64,000 nucleotides of DNA from Terriglobia bacterium (GTDB taxonomy: Bacteria > Acidobacteriota > Polarisedimenticolia > Polarisedimenticolales > JAIQFR01): NCBI GenBank assembly GCA_963748015.1, contig CAVVHE010000006.1, positions 119,032 through 183,031 of the forward strand, in the 5' to 3' direction. This document shows positions 21,033 through 29,936 of the stretch, piece after piece. The translations under genes were made by a program, and so were the position numbers. Under the pieces are notes generated by a model that had not been told where the DNA came from, searched no databases, and saw only the letters and a program-made list of their open reading frames with translations. Each line of letters begins with the position of its first letter. The first letter of the stretch is position 1.

Positions 21033-21743
21033 GTGATGGACGTGCGCATCCTCGCCGGCCCCGATGCCGTGGCCGCCGAAGCCGCAAGGGTGATCGCCGC
21101 CGAGGCGCGGGCGGCCGTGGCGGCGCGTGGGCGCTTCGTCTTGGCGGTCAGTGGCGGCCGTACGCCGCGGCTCATGCTGCGCGCGCTCGCGGCCGAAGAC
21201 GTGCCGTGGGCCAGTGTGCACGTGGTGCAGGTGGACGAGCGCATCGCCCCCGCCGGCGATCCCGATCGCAACCTCACGCACCTGTGCCTTAGCCTGCTCG
21301 AGTATGCGCCGCTGCGGGCGGAGCGGATCCACGCCATGCCGGTCGAGGAGGCCGACGTCGAAGCGGCCGCCCGCGGCTACGCGCGCACCCTCGAACGGAT
21401 CGCCGGCACGCCGCCGGTGCTCGACCTCGCCCATCTCGGGCTCGGGCCGGACGGCCACACGGCATCTCTGGTTCCCGGCGATCCCGTCCTGGACGTCGTG
21501 GACCGGGACGTCGCGCCGACCGGCGTCTACATGAAGCGGCGCCGCATGACGTTGACCTATCCGATCCTCGATCGTTCGCGGCGCATCCTCTGGGTGGTGA
21601 CCGGCGTGGAGAAGGCCGCGATGCTCTCGCGTCTCATCGCAGCGGATGCGTCGATTCCAGCGGGTCGCGTGCGTCGGGAGCAAGCCCTGGTTCTGGCCGA
21701 CCGCTCCGCCACGGGGGAGAAGGCAGGACCGACGACCCGTTGA
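21033..21743 (+). CDS. pgl: 6-phosphogluconolactonase
   Basis: AVSGGRTP, QVDER, DLAHLGLGPDGHTASL, RMTLTYP, VTGVEKA. Confidence 0.92.
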   Translation: MMDVRILAGPDAVAAEAARVIAAEARAAVAARGRFVLAVSGGRTPRLMLRALAAEDVPWASVHVVQVDERIAPAGDPDRNLTHLCLSLLEYAPLRAERIHAMPVEEADVEAAARGYARTLERIAGTPPVLDLAHLGLGPDGHTASLVPGDPVLDVVDRDVAPTGVYMKRRRMTLTYPILDRSRRILWVVTGVEKAAMLSRLIAADASIPAGRVRREQALVLADRSATGEKAGPTTR

Positions 21744-21827
21744 TCGGACTCGCCGTCAGCACGATCCGCACCCCCCCGATCGACGCGGTGCAGGCGGCGA
21801 AGGCGCTTGGTCGGGAGCGAGGGGGGG

Positions 21828-21836
21828 TGGTACGCT
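21828..21836 (+). promoter_or_regulatory. Extended -10 (TGnTACGCT) ending 10 nt before the ATG of the bsh-like cluster; near-leaderless transcript
   Basis: TGGTACGCT at 21828-21836; TTGGTC at 21807-21812; no Shine-Dalgarno before ATG 21846. Confidence 0.5.
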
Positions 21837-21845
21837 GACCCACTC

Positions 21846-23420
21846 ATGAGCGAGCCGGTCATCTGCTTCGGGCAGCAGCCCTGCGGCTTCTTTCCGAAGC
21901 GGTTCTTCTACGCGAAGCTGGTCACGGCACTCCGGCTGCGGCGGGAGCTCGGCGGGCGCGTCGTGTGGTTCTGTCACGACAGCGACCACGACTACCGCGA
22001 GACCACGACACCGCTCGTGGACCTCAAGACGGGGGACCTCAAGCGGATCAACTTCGACCACGTGAGCAAGATCCAGAAGAGCTACTCTCCCCTCTACGTC
22101 AAGCGGATCAAGGACGACTGGCAGGAGCGGACCGCGCGCGTCCTGCCGTGCTTCGTGGGTCCGGAGCTGGTAGACCTCTTCCGGTCGGTCCGGGCCACGC
22201 TCGCGGCCGACTTCTGCCTCGAGATGTACCGGCGCCTCGGGCTCCTCGAGGGGGTCGAGGTGATGCGCTCGAGCGATCCCGAGGTTCGGCGCCAGGCGGT
22301 TGCGATCGAGGACCCGTACGTGGACGTGGAGTACGAGGGGGAGATTGTGCGGGCCCGGCGACAGGGGGGAAGGCTCCGGTTGCACAAGGGCGGGGGCGAG
22401 TTCATCGAGCTCCCCGACCTCGAGACCGGCAAGGAAAGCATCAGCCCGGCGCGCGACGCCCGCCTGCGCTGGATGCAGTCGGTGGTGCGCTGCACCCACT
22501 ACGTCGCCGGGGCGAGCGAGGTGCAGTACCTGAACACGTCGGAGACTCCGGAGATCACCTTCGTGGAGCGCGACGCGATCGACGACTCCCACGGGTCGTT
22601 CGTCGGCGTGGCCCCGCAGCGGGGGGGTGGTAGGCTTCCAAGCTCAACCGGAGATTCGAGCTTGAGTCGCGACGCCAACCACGACGCCCCGAGCGCCACC
22701 GCGCCATCGCCACGCCGTATCCTGGCGGTCGGCGCGCATCCCGACGACGTCGAGTTCGGTTGCGGCGGCATCCTCGTCAAGGAGGCCGCCCGCGGCCACG
22801 AGGTCACGATCCTGAGCTTGTCTCGCGGCGAGGCGGCCTCGAACGGGGACCCCGAGACGCGCCGGCGCGAGGGCGAGGCGGCCGCGGAGGTCATCGGCGC
22901 GCGTCTCGAGCTCCTCGATCTCGAGGGGGACTCGCGGATCGAGTACCGGCCGCCGAACGCCGTCGCCATCGCGCGCGTCATCCGGCGGTTGCGGCCGCAC
23001 ATCCTGCTCGCGCCGTCGCCGGAGGAGAACCAGCACCCCGATCACGCCAAGGCCGGGCGGCTGGTCCGCGATGCCGCGCGCTTGGCCCGCTACGGCGGGC
23101 TCGAGGACCTGGCGCCCGCCCCGGCCCACGCCATCGACGCGCTCTACTTCTTCGAGATCACCGGGACCGGCCTCGGCTCCGCCTCGACCGGCCTGCCCTG
23201 GATCGTCGTGGACGTTTCGGATGTCGTGGCGACCTGGCGCAAAGCGATGGAATGTCACGCGACGCAGCTGGCCACGCGCAACTACGTCGAGCTGCAACTG
23301 GCGCGTGCCCGCGCGCTCGGACTCGAGATCGGCGTCGAGCACGCCATGGCGGTCCGTGCGAACGATCCGATCCGCCTCGAGGGGCTCACGGACCTCCGGG
23401 GTTCGGGGAGGCGGTTCTGA
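21846..23420 (+). CDS. Miniature BshC-like domain in frame with a BshB1-like PIG-L deacetylase
   Basis: N-terminal ~255 aa: GQQPCGFF, WFCHDSDHDYRE, ISPARDARLRWMQ...HYVAGASEVQY echo the BshC motifs GQQxG, W..xEDHDxxE and SP...YxGGPGExxY. C-terminal half: AVGAHPDDVEFGCGG, RRREG, HPDH. Confidence 0.78.
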   Translation: MSEPVICFGQQPCGFFPKRFFYAKLVTALRLRRELGGRVVWFCHDSDHDYRETTTPLVDLKTGDLKRINFDHVSKIQKSYSPLYVKRIKDDWQERTARVLPCFVGPELVDLFRSVRATLAADFCLEMYRRLGLLEGVEVMRSSDPEVRRQAVAIEDPYVDVEYEGEIVRARRQGGRLRLHKGGGEFIELPDLETGKESISPARDARLRWMQSVVRCTHYVAGASEVQYLNTSETPEITFVERDAIDDSHGSFVGVAPQRGGGRLPSSTGDSSLSRDANHDAPSATAPSPRRILAVGAHPDDVEFGCGGILVKEAARGHEVTILSLSRGEAASNGDPETRRREGEAAAEVIGARLELLDLEGDSRIEYRPPNAVAIARVIRRLRPHILLAPSPEENQHPDHAKAGRLVRDAARLARYGGLEDLAPAPAHAIDALYFFEITGTGLGSASTGLPWIVVDVSDVVATWRKAMECHATQLATRNYVELQLARARALGLEIGVEHAMAVRANDPIRLEGLTDLRGSGRRF

Positions 23421-24577
23421 GCGGCTCTCGCACGGCGGACGGTCCCCTGCGGATCGCCATCACCTGCTACCCGACGGTCGGCGGCAGCGGCATTCTCGCC
23501 TCGCAGCTCGGGCAGCAACTGGCGGCGCGGGGCCACGAGGTGCACTTCGTCTCCTACGGCATGCCGTTCCGGCTGGACGGAACGGCGCCCAACATCTTCT
23601 TCCACCCCGTGAGCGTCAACGAGTACGATCTCTTCCGCTATCCGGACTACACGCTGCCGCTCTCGGTGACTCTGGCGGAGGTCAGCCGGGACTTCGATCT
23701 CGACCTGATCCACGCGCACTACGCCGTGCCGCACGCCGTCGCTGCCTACCTGGCCCGGCAGATGATCGGGGAGGGAGCGCCTCGCGTCATCACCACGCTG
23801 CACGGCACCGACACGACGCTCATGGGGCAGGACCCGAACTACCAGCCCGTGATCCGCCACGCCATCGAGCACTCTTCGGGGGTGACGGCGGTGAGCGCAT
23901 TCCTTCGCGACGAGACGAAGAGCACCTTCCAGGTGGAGCACGAAATCCGCGTCATCCACAACTTCTTCGCGCCCATCAGCCCGAGCCGCGACCGGGAGCG
24001 GGTGCGCGCGGAGCTGGGGGTCGGCGACGAGCTCCTGGTGCTCCACATGTCGAACCTCCGGCCGGTCAAGCGGATCGATGACCTGCTGCGGGTCATCGCC
24101 GCCTCGCGGCACCGCGACCGCGTGCGGCTCCTGATCCTGGCCGGAGGCGACTTCGCCCCGTACCGCCGGCAGGTCGAAGCACTCGGGATCGCGTCGCAGG
24201 TGACCGTGATGCAGTCGGTACTGGACGTGGAGAACTACCTCAACGCCGCCGACGTGGGGCTGTACACCTCCGAGCACGAGTCGTTCGGCCTGAGCATCCT
24301 GGAGAGCATGTTCCACCGACACCCGATTCTCGCGGCGCGCGCCGGCGGCGTCCCGGAGGTCGTCGTGGACGGGGAAACCGGTTTCCTGGCGCCGGTGGGG
24401 GACATCGACGGCCTCGCCGGGAAGCTCGACGCGATCGTGGAGGATAGGGAGCGCTACCGGCCGATGGGGGAGCGGGGCTACGAGAGGGCGAGGGCGCTCT
24501 TTTCCGCCGAGCGGATCACGGGGGAGTATCTCGATTTCTACCGGCAGGTTCTAGTGTCCCGGGAAGCGCGGGAGTAG
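23417..24577 (+). CDS. bshA: N-acetyl-alpha-D-glucosaminyl L-malate synthase (GT4)
   Basis: ITCYPTVGGSG, HAHYAVPHA, TTLHGTD, SNLRPVKR, ESFGL; probable CTG start overlapping the upstream TGA, after GGGGAGG. Confidence 0.88.
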   Translation: MSGSRTADGPLRIAITCYPTVGGSGILASQLGQQLAARGHEVHFVSYGMPFRLDGTAPNIFFHPVSVNEYDLFRYPDYTLPLSVTLAEVSRDFDLDLIHAHYAVPHAVAAYLARQMIGEGAPRVITTLHGTDTTLMGQDPNYQPVIRHAIEHSSGVTAVSAFLRDETKSTFQVEHEIRVIHNFFAPISPSRDRERVRAELGVGDELLVLHMSNLRPVKRIDDLLRVIAASRHRDRVRLLILAGGDFAPYRRQVEALGIASQVTVMQSVLDVENYLNAADVGLYTSEHESFGLSILESMFHRHPILAARAGGVPEVVVDGETGFLAPVGDIDGLAGKLDAIVEDRERYRPMGERGYERARALFSAERITGEYLDFYRQVLVSREARE

Positions 24578-24592
24578 GCGGGGGACGAAGAC

Positions 24593-27097
24593 GTGACGAG
24601 ATGGACCTCGAAAGCCACCGGAGCGTGCGCCATGGGGATTCTGCTGGGATGCATGGGGACGGGCTCCGCCATGGCGCTCGTGCCGAAGCGGCCCGACGCG
24701 GCCGAGATCCAGCTTGCGCTCAAGAAGCTCCAGTTCCTGGGAAGCGCGCTCTACGTGGCGGCGCATCCCGACGACGAGAACACGCGCCTCATGGCGTGGC
24801 TCGTCAACGGACGCCTGGCGGACGCCGCGTATCTCTCCATGACCCGCGGCGACGGCGGGCAGAACCTGATCGGTCCGGAGATCGGCGACCTGCTGGGGAT
24901 CATCCGCTCGCAGGAGCTGCTAGCGGCGCGCCGGATCGACGGCGGGCGGCAGTTCTTCACCCGGGCGATCGACTTCGGGTATTCCAAGACGCCGGAGGAG
25001 ACGCTGCGGATCTGGGACCGGGAGCAAGTGCTCGCCGACACGGTGCGGATCGTGAGGCAATTCCAGCCGGACGTGGTGATCACCCGGTTCCCCGCCGCCA
25101 ATCGCGATACGCACGGGCACCACACCTCGTCCGCGTGGATCGCGCGCGACGCCATGGCGGCGGCCGGCGACCCGAAGCGTTTCCCCGAGCAGCTCGATCG
25201 CCTGGCGACGTGGCGGCCGCGGCGGCTGCTCTGGAACACCTCGCGCTTCTTCTACGACAAGCCGGAGGACCTCAAGCCGGACACGCTGGTCAAGGTCGAC
25301 GCCGGCGCGTACAACCCGTTGCTCGGGGAGTCGTACACGGAACTCGCCGCCCGCGCCCGCAGCATGCACAAGAGCCAGGGGTTCGGGTCGAGCGGCCAGC
25401 GCGGCGAGGTGCTCGAGTACCTCGCGCCGGCTGAAGGCGAGGGGACGCCCCGCGACCTCTTCGAGGGGATCGACACGACGTGGGGGAGGGTGCCGGGCGG
25501 CAAGGCGGTGGGCGGCCTCCTCGATCGGGCCTACCGCGAGTTCGTCCCCGAGAGCCCGGCCGGCATCGTGCCGCGCCTGCTCGAGGCGCGCGCGAAGCTG
25601 GCGGCGCTGCCGCCCGGCCGCTGGACGACCGCCAAGAGGGCCGACCTCGACCAGGTCATCGCCGCCTGCCTCGGCCTCTACCTCGAGGCCGCGGCCGACG
25701 TCTATGCGGCGGTGCCCGGCGACACGTTGAAGATCAATCTCGAGGCGGTCAACCGGTCGCCGGTGGCGGTGCGGCTGAAGAAGGTGACCGTCGCCGCCGC
25801 AGGAAGCGACCTCCCGTGGGAGCAGGACCTCGACAGCCGCCAGAGCTTCAAGAAGACGGTCGAGGTGACGCTGCCGGCGGACCTTCCGGACTCGCAGCCG
25901 TACTGGCTGCGCGAGAAGGGCACCCTCGGGATGTTCCGCGTCGACGAAGCGGCGCTCATCGGCCTGCCCGAGAACCCGCCCGCGCTGACGGCGTCGTTCG
26001 CCCTCGAGGTGGAGGGGACGCCTATCGTCTTCGACAGGCCGGTCGTCTACAGGCGGACCGACCCGGTGCACGGAGAGCAGTACCGGCCGTTCGAGGTGAT
26101 CCCGGCGGTCGCCGTGACCGTCACCGAGAGCGTCTTCGTCCTGCCGCCCGAGCTGTCGTCGCACGAGGTGGCGGTCGAGCTCCGTGCCGGCCGGGCCGGC
26201 GTCGAGGGGACCGTGCGGCTCGAGGCGCCCGCGGGCTGGACCGCGAGCCCCGCGTCGCGCCCGTTCCGCATCGACGAGAAGGACGCGACCGCCACGGTGA
26301 CCTTCGATCTCGTGCCGCCGGCCGCGCCGTCGGCCGGGGTCCTGCGGGCGGTGGCCGAGATCGCCGGGCGGCGCTACCAGCGCGGGCTCGTCCACATCGT
26401 CCACGACCACATCCCGACCCAGGTCGTCATGCCGCCCGCCGAGGCCCGTGTCGTGCGCGCCGACGTGCGTCGCAAGGGGCAGAACGTCGGCTACGTGCAG
26501 GGAGCCGGCGACCAGGTGCCGGCGGGGCTGCGCGAGATCGGCTACACGGTGACCGAGCTGTCCGTGGACGATCTGGTCCCGGACCGCCTGCGTGGCTTCG
26601 ACGCGATCGTCCTCGGCGTGCGGGCGTACAACACGCTCGACCGCATCCGCTTCCAGCAGCCGGCGCTGTTCGACTACGTGAAGGGCGGGGGGACGTTGAT
26701 CGTGCAGTACACCACCGGGCAGGAGCTGAAGGTCGAGTCCGTCGCTCCGCTGCCGCTCACGATCTCGCGCGAGCGGGTGAGCGAGGAGGGGGCCGAGGTC
26801 CGGTTCCTGGCTCCGGACCACCCGGTGCTCAACCGGCCGAACCGGATCACGGCCTCGGACTTCGAGGGCTGGGTGCAGGAGCGCGGTCTCTACTTCGCCG
26901 GCAAGTGGGACCCCGCCTTCACCGCGGTGCTCTCGAGCAACGACGCGGGCGAGCCCCCGCGCGACGGCGGACTGCTCGTGGCGAAGTACGGCGAGGGCTG
27001 GTTCGTGTACACCGGCTACTCCTTCTTCCGGCAGCTCCCGGCCGGGGTGCCGGGGGCTTACCGGCTGTTCGCGAATCTCATCGCGCTGGGCAAGTGA
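24593..27097 (+). CDS. Large secreted PIG-L/LmbE-family deacetylase with Ig-like central domains and a glutamine-amidotransferase-like C-terminal domain
   Basis: Signal peptide; AAHPDDEN, TRGDGGQN, DFGYSK, HGHH, HKSQG; C-terminal GWVQERGLYF...FFRQLPAGVPGAYRLFANLI. Confidence 0.85.
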   Translation: MTRWTSKATGACAMGILLGCMGTGSAMALVPKRPDAAEIQLALKKLQFLGSALYVAAHPDDENTRLMAWLVNGRLADAAYLSMTRGDGGQNLIGPEIGDLLGIIRSQELLAARRIDGGRQFFTRAIDFGYSKTPEETLRIWDREQVLADTVRIVRQFQPDVVITRFPAANRDTHGHHTSSAWIARDAMAAAGDPKRFPEQLDRLATWRPRRLLWNTSRFFYDKPEDLKPDTLVKVDAGAYNPLLGESYTELAARARSMHKSQGFGSSGQRGEVLEYLAPAEGEGTPRDLFEGIDTTWGRVPGGKAVGGLLDRAYREFVPESPAGIVPRLLEARAKLAALPPGRWTTAKRADLDQVIAACLGLYLEAAADVYAAVPGDTLKINLEAVNRSPVAVRLKKVTVAAAGSDLPWEQDLDSRQSFKKTVEVTLPADLPDSQPYWLREKGTLGMFRVDEAALIGLPENPPALTASFALEVEGTPIVFDRPVVYRRTDPVHGEQYRPFEVIPAVAVTVTESVFVLPPELSSHEVAVELRAGRAGVEGTVRLEAPAGWTASPASRPFRIDEKDATATVTFDLVPPAAPSAGVLRAVAEIAGRRYQRGLVHIVHDHIPTQVVMPPAEARVVRADVRRKGQNVGYVQGAGDQVPAGLREIGYTVTELSVDDLVPDRLRGFDAIVLGVRAYNTLDRIRFQQPALFDYVKGGGTLIVQYTTGQELKVESVAPLPLTISRERVSEEGAEVRFLAPDHPVLNRPNRITASDFEGWVQERGLYFAGKWDPAFTAVLSSNDAGEPPRDGGLLVAKYGEGWFVYTGYSFFRQLPAGVPGAYRLFANLIALGK

Positions 27098-27142
27098 CTC
27101 CGTGACACGATCCGGCCGGCCGGACCGCGGGAAGCCGACCGC

Positions 27143-27289
27143 ATGACGACCGATCCCGAAAAGGCGAAACGGATCCTCGACGACCGGCCGCCGTTCTTCC
27201 GGACCTGGACCGACGTGTACGCCGCGGTGATCGGTCTCCTCGGCGTGCTGGTCCTGGTCTTCAGCCTCCTCACGAGGATTCTCGGGTGA
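27143..27289 (+). CDS. 48-aa single-TM membrane protein coupled to the symporter (below the ORF-track cutoff)
   Basis: MTTDPEKAKRILDDRPPFFRTWTDVYAAVIGLLGVLVLVFSLLTRILG*; its TGA overlaps the GTG of the symporter. Confidence 0.7.
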   Translation: MTTDPEKAKRILDDRPPFFRTWTDVYAAVIGLLGVLVLVFSLLTRILG

Positions 27290-29007
27290 GCGCTCTCGAC
27301 GTCGTCGTCCTCCTCGGCACGCTCGTGGGCATCGCCGCCTACGGTGCCTGGAAGACGCGCGGCAACCGCGACCTCGAGGAGTACTTCGGCGGCGACCACT
27401 CGATGAAGTGGGGCACCATCGGCCTCTCGGTGATGGCGACCCAGGCGAGCGCCGTGACCTTCCTCTCGACGCCCGGCTTCGGCTACGAGAAGGGAATGGA
27501 GTTCGTCCAGAACTACCTGGGCCTGCCGATCGCCCTGGTCCTCGTGTCCGCCGCTGTTCATCCCCGTGTACTACCGGAGCGGCGTGTACACGGCCTACGA
27601 GTACCTCGAGCGGCGCTTCGACCTCAAGACCCGGCAGCTGGGCGCCGTCCTGTTCCTCGTGCAGCGGGGACTCGCTTCCGGCATCACGCTCTATGCCCCC
27701 GCGATCATCGTCTCGAATCTCATGGGGTGGAGACTCAACTCCACCATCCTGCTGTCGGGGCTCCTGGTCGTGATCTACACGGTCGCCGGGGGCTCCCGGG
27801 CGGTCAGCCTCACGCAGAAGCACCAGATGGCGGTGATCCTGGTCGGCATGGGCGTGGCGTTCCTCCTCGTCGTCGTGTACCTGTCCCGGGAGATCCCCAT
27901 CGCGCAGGCCCTGCCCCTGGCGGGCAAGCTGGGGAAGATGGAGATCGTCAACTTCTCCTTCGACTACAGCCGGCGGTACACCTTCTGGTCGGGGATCTTC
28001 GGAGGCCTGTTCCTGGCGCTGTCGTACTTCGGCACGGACCAGTCGCAGGTGGGGCGCTATCTCACGGGGAAGTCGGTCACCGAGGGCCGCATGGGACTGA
28101 TGTTCAACGCCGTGCTCAAGGTGCCGATGCAGTTCCTGATCCTGCTCACCGGGGTGATGGTGTTCCTGTTCTACCAGTTCGTGCAGCCGCCGATCCTCTT
28201 CAAGCGGCCGGCGCTCCAGGCCGTGTACGCGTCGGCGCGCGCCGGGGAGATGAAGGCGCTCGAGACCCGCTACGCCGCGGTGTTCACCGAGAAGCGCGAA
28301 GCGGTGCGGACGCTGGCCACGGCCCTCAAAAAAGGCGACGACGGCGCGGTCACCTTGGCCAGGGCCCGGGTCGGGGACCTCGCGGCGCGGGGGAGAAGAT
28401 CCGGGACGAGGCGAAGTCGCTGGTGGCCGAGGTCGCCCCGGGGATGGAGGCGAAGGACTCCGACTACGTCTTCCTGACCTTCGTCGTGCAGCACCTCCCG
28501 CGAGGCGTCATCGGTCTCCTGATCGCGGTGATCTTCTGCGCCGGGATGTCGTCGAGCTCGTCCGAGTTCAACGCCCTCGGCTCGACCTCCACCGTCGACA
28601 TCTACCGCCGGCTCGTCCGGCCGAAGGAGAGCGAGCGGCATTACGTGTTCGTGTCGAAGGCGCTCACGGCGTTCTGGGGACTGGTCGCGATCGCGTTCGC
28701 CATGGCGGCCTCGCTCGCCGAGAACCTGATCGAGGCGATCAACATTCTCGGGTCCCTGTTCTACGGCACCATCCTGGGGATCTTCCTGACCGCGTTCCTG
28801 CTGAAGCGGGTGCAGGGGACCGCGGTGTTCCTTGCGGCCCTCCTGGCGGAGGGCACGGTCGTCACGCTCTACTTCACCACCCACATCGGCTATCTCTGGT
28901 ACAACCTCATCGGCTGCATGATGGTCCTGGCGCTGGGCGCGGCGTTCGAGACCCTCCTGCCGGGTCCACGCAGGAACGCCGTTGCCCCGGGGGTCGGAGG
29001 GAGCTAG
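27286..29007 (+). CDS. Sodium:solute symporter (SSS family); two compensating frameshifts near 27553 and 28393
   Basis: GLSVMATQASAVTFLSTPG; in a second frame TAYEYLERRFD and YFGTDQSQVGRYL; back in the first frame GLLIAVIFCAGMSS. Confidence 0.88.
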   Translation: MSALDVVVLLGTLVGIAAYGAWKTRGNRDLEEYFGGDHSMKWGTIGLSVMATQASAVTFLSTPGFGYEKGMEFVQNYLGLPIALVLVSAAVHPRVLPERRVHGLRVPRAALRPQDPAAGRRPVPRAAGTRFRHHALCPRDHRLESHGVETQLHHPAVGAPGRDLHGRRGLPGGQPHAEAPDGGDPGRHGRGVPPRRRVPVPGDPHRAGPAPGGQAGEDGDRQLLLRLQPAVHLLVGDLRRPVPGAVVLRHGPVAGGALSHGEVGHRGPHGTDVQRRAQGADAVPDPAHRGDGVPVLPVRAAADPLQAAGAPGRVRVGARRGDEGARDPLRRGVHREARSGADAGHGPQKRRRRRGHLGQGPGRGPRGAGEKIRDEAKSLVAEVAPGMEAKDSDYVFLTFVVQHLPRGVIGLLIAVIFCAGMSSSSSEFNALGSTSTVDIYRRLVRPKESERHYVFVSKALTAFWGLVAIAFAMAASLAENLIEAINILGSLFYGTILGIFLTAFLLKRVQGTAVFLAALLAEGTVVTLYFTTHIGYLWYNLIGCMMVLALGAAFETLLPGPRRNAVAPGVGGS

Positions 29008-29064
29008 AATCGGCCGGCTCTTACCTTCGATTCAAGTCCAGGGTCTCGCTCGAGGAGGAACCGT

Positions 29065-29916
29065 ATGAAGAAGATCCTGTTGTCCGCCGCCGTTCTCATG
29101 TTGCTCATGCCGTCCGCGTTCGCGCAGCTCAAGCTGCCCCGGCCCAGCCAGAAGGGCTCGGTCATGCAGACGGTCGGGCTGACCGACGTCACGATCACCT
29201 ACAGCCGTCCCGGCGTGAAGGGACGCACCATCTGGGGCGACCTGGTTCCCTACGACAAGGTCTGGCGGACGGGCGCCAACGAGGCCACCACCATCGTGTT
29301 CGGCAAGGACGTGACCATCAACGGCAAGCCGCTTCCCGCCGGCACGTACAGCCTGCACACCATCCCCGGCAAGAGCTCCTGGACGCTCATCTTCAACAAG
29401 AAGGCCGACCAGTGGGGCAGCTACAGCTACGACGCCGCACAGGACGCGCTGCGCGTCGAGGCCGCGCCGGCCGCGGGGCCGCACGTGGAGTGGCTGACCT
29501 TCTCCTTCCCCGACATCAAGAACGACTCCGCGCAGGTGGAGCTGGCCTGGGAGAAGCTGCGGGTGGCGTTCACGATCGGCGCCGACACCAACAACCAGGC
29601 GCTCGCCGAGATCCGGAAGACCCTGGCGGGCGAGGTGAAGGAGTGGAACGTCCCGTACGGCGCCGCCGGCTTCGTGTTCAACAACAACCTCGACAACAAG
29701 GCCGAGGCGATGAAGTGGATCGACCAGTCGATCGCCATGAAGGAGACGTTCTACAACCTCCGTCTCAAGGCGCAGATGCTCGCGAAGGACGGCAAGCCGA
29801 AGGACGCCGTCGCGTTCGGCGAGAAGGCCGTGGCCGTCGGCAAGGCCGACCCGAACGCCGCCGACGAGGTCGCGAAGCTGGAGAAGCAGATCGCGGAGTG
29901 GAAGGCCGGCAAGTAA
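29065..29916 (+). CDS. Secreted DUF2911-family protein with a TPR-like C-terminus
   Basis: GAGGAGG RBS; PRPSQ...QTVGLTDVTITYSRPGVKGR...VWRTGANEAT...GTYSLHTIP. Confidence 0.88.
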   Translation: MKKILLSAAVLMLLMPSAFAQLKLPRPSQKGSVMQTVGLTDVTITYSRPGVKGRTIWGDLVPYDKVWRTGANEATTIVFGKDVTINGKPLPAGTYSLHTIPGKSSWTLIFNKKADQWGSYSYDAAQDALRVEAAPAAGPHVEWLTFSFPDIKNDSAQVELAWEKLRVAFTIGADTNNQALAEIRKTLAGEVKEWNVPYGAAGFVFNNNLDNKAEAMKWIDQSIAMKETFYNLRLKAQMLAKDGKPKDAVAFGEKAVAVGKADPNAADEVAKLEKQIAEWKAGK

Positions 29917-29936
29917 CGCCGCCCCGAGGAGGCTCT

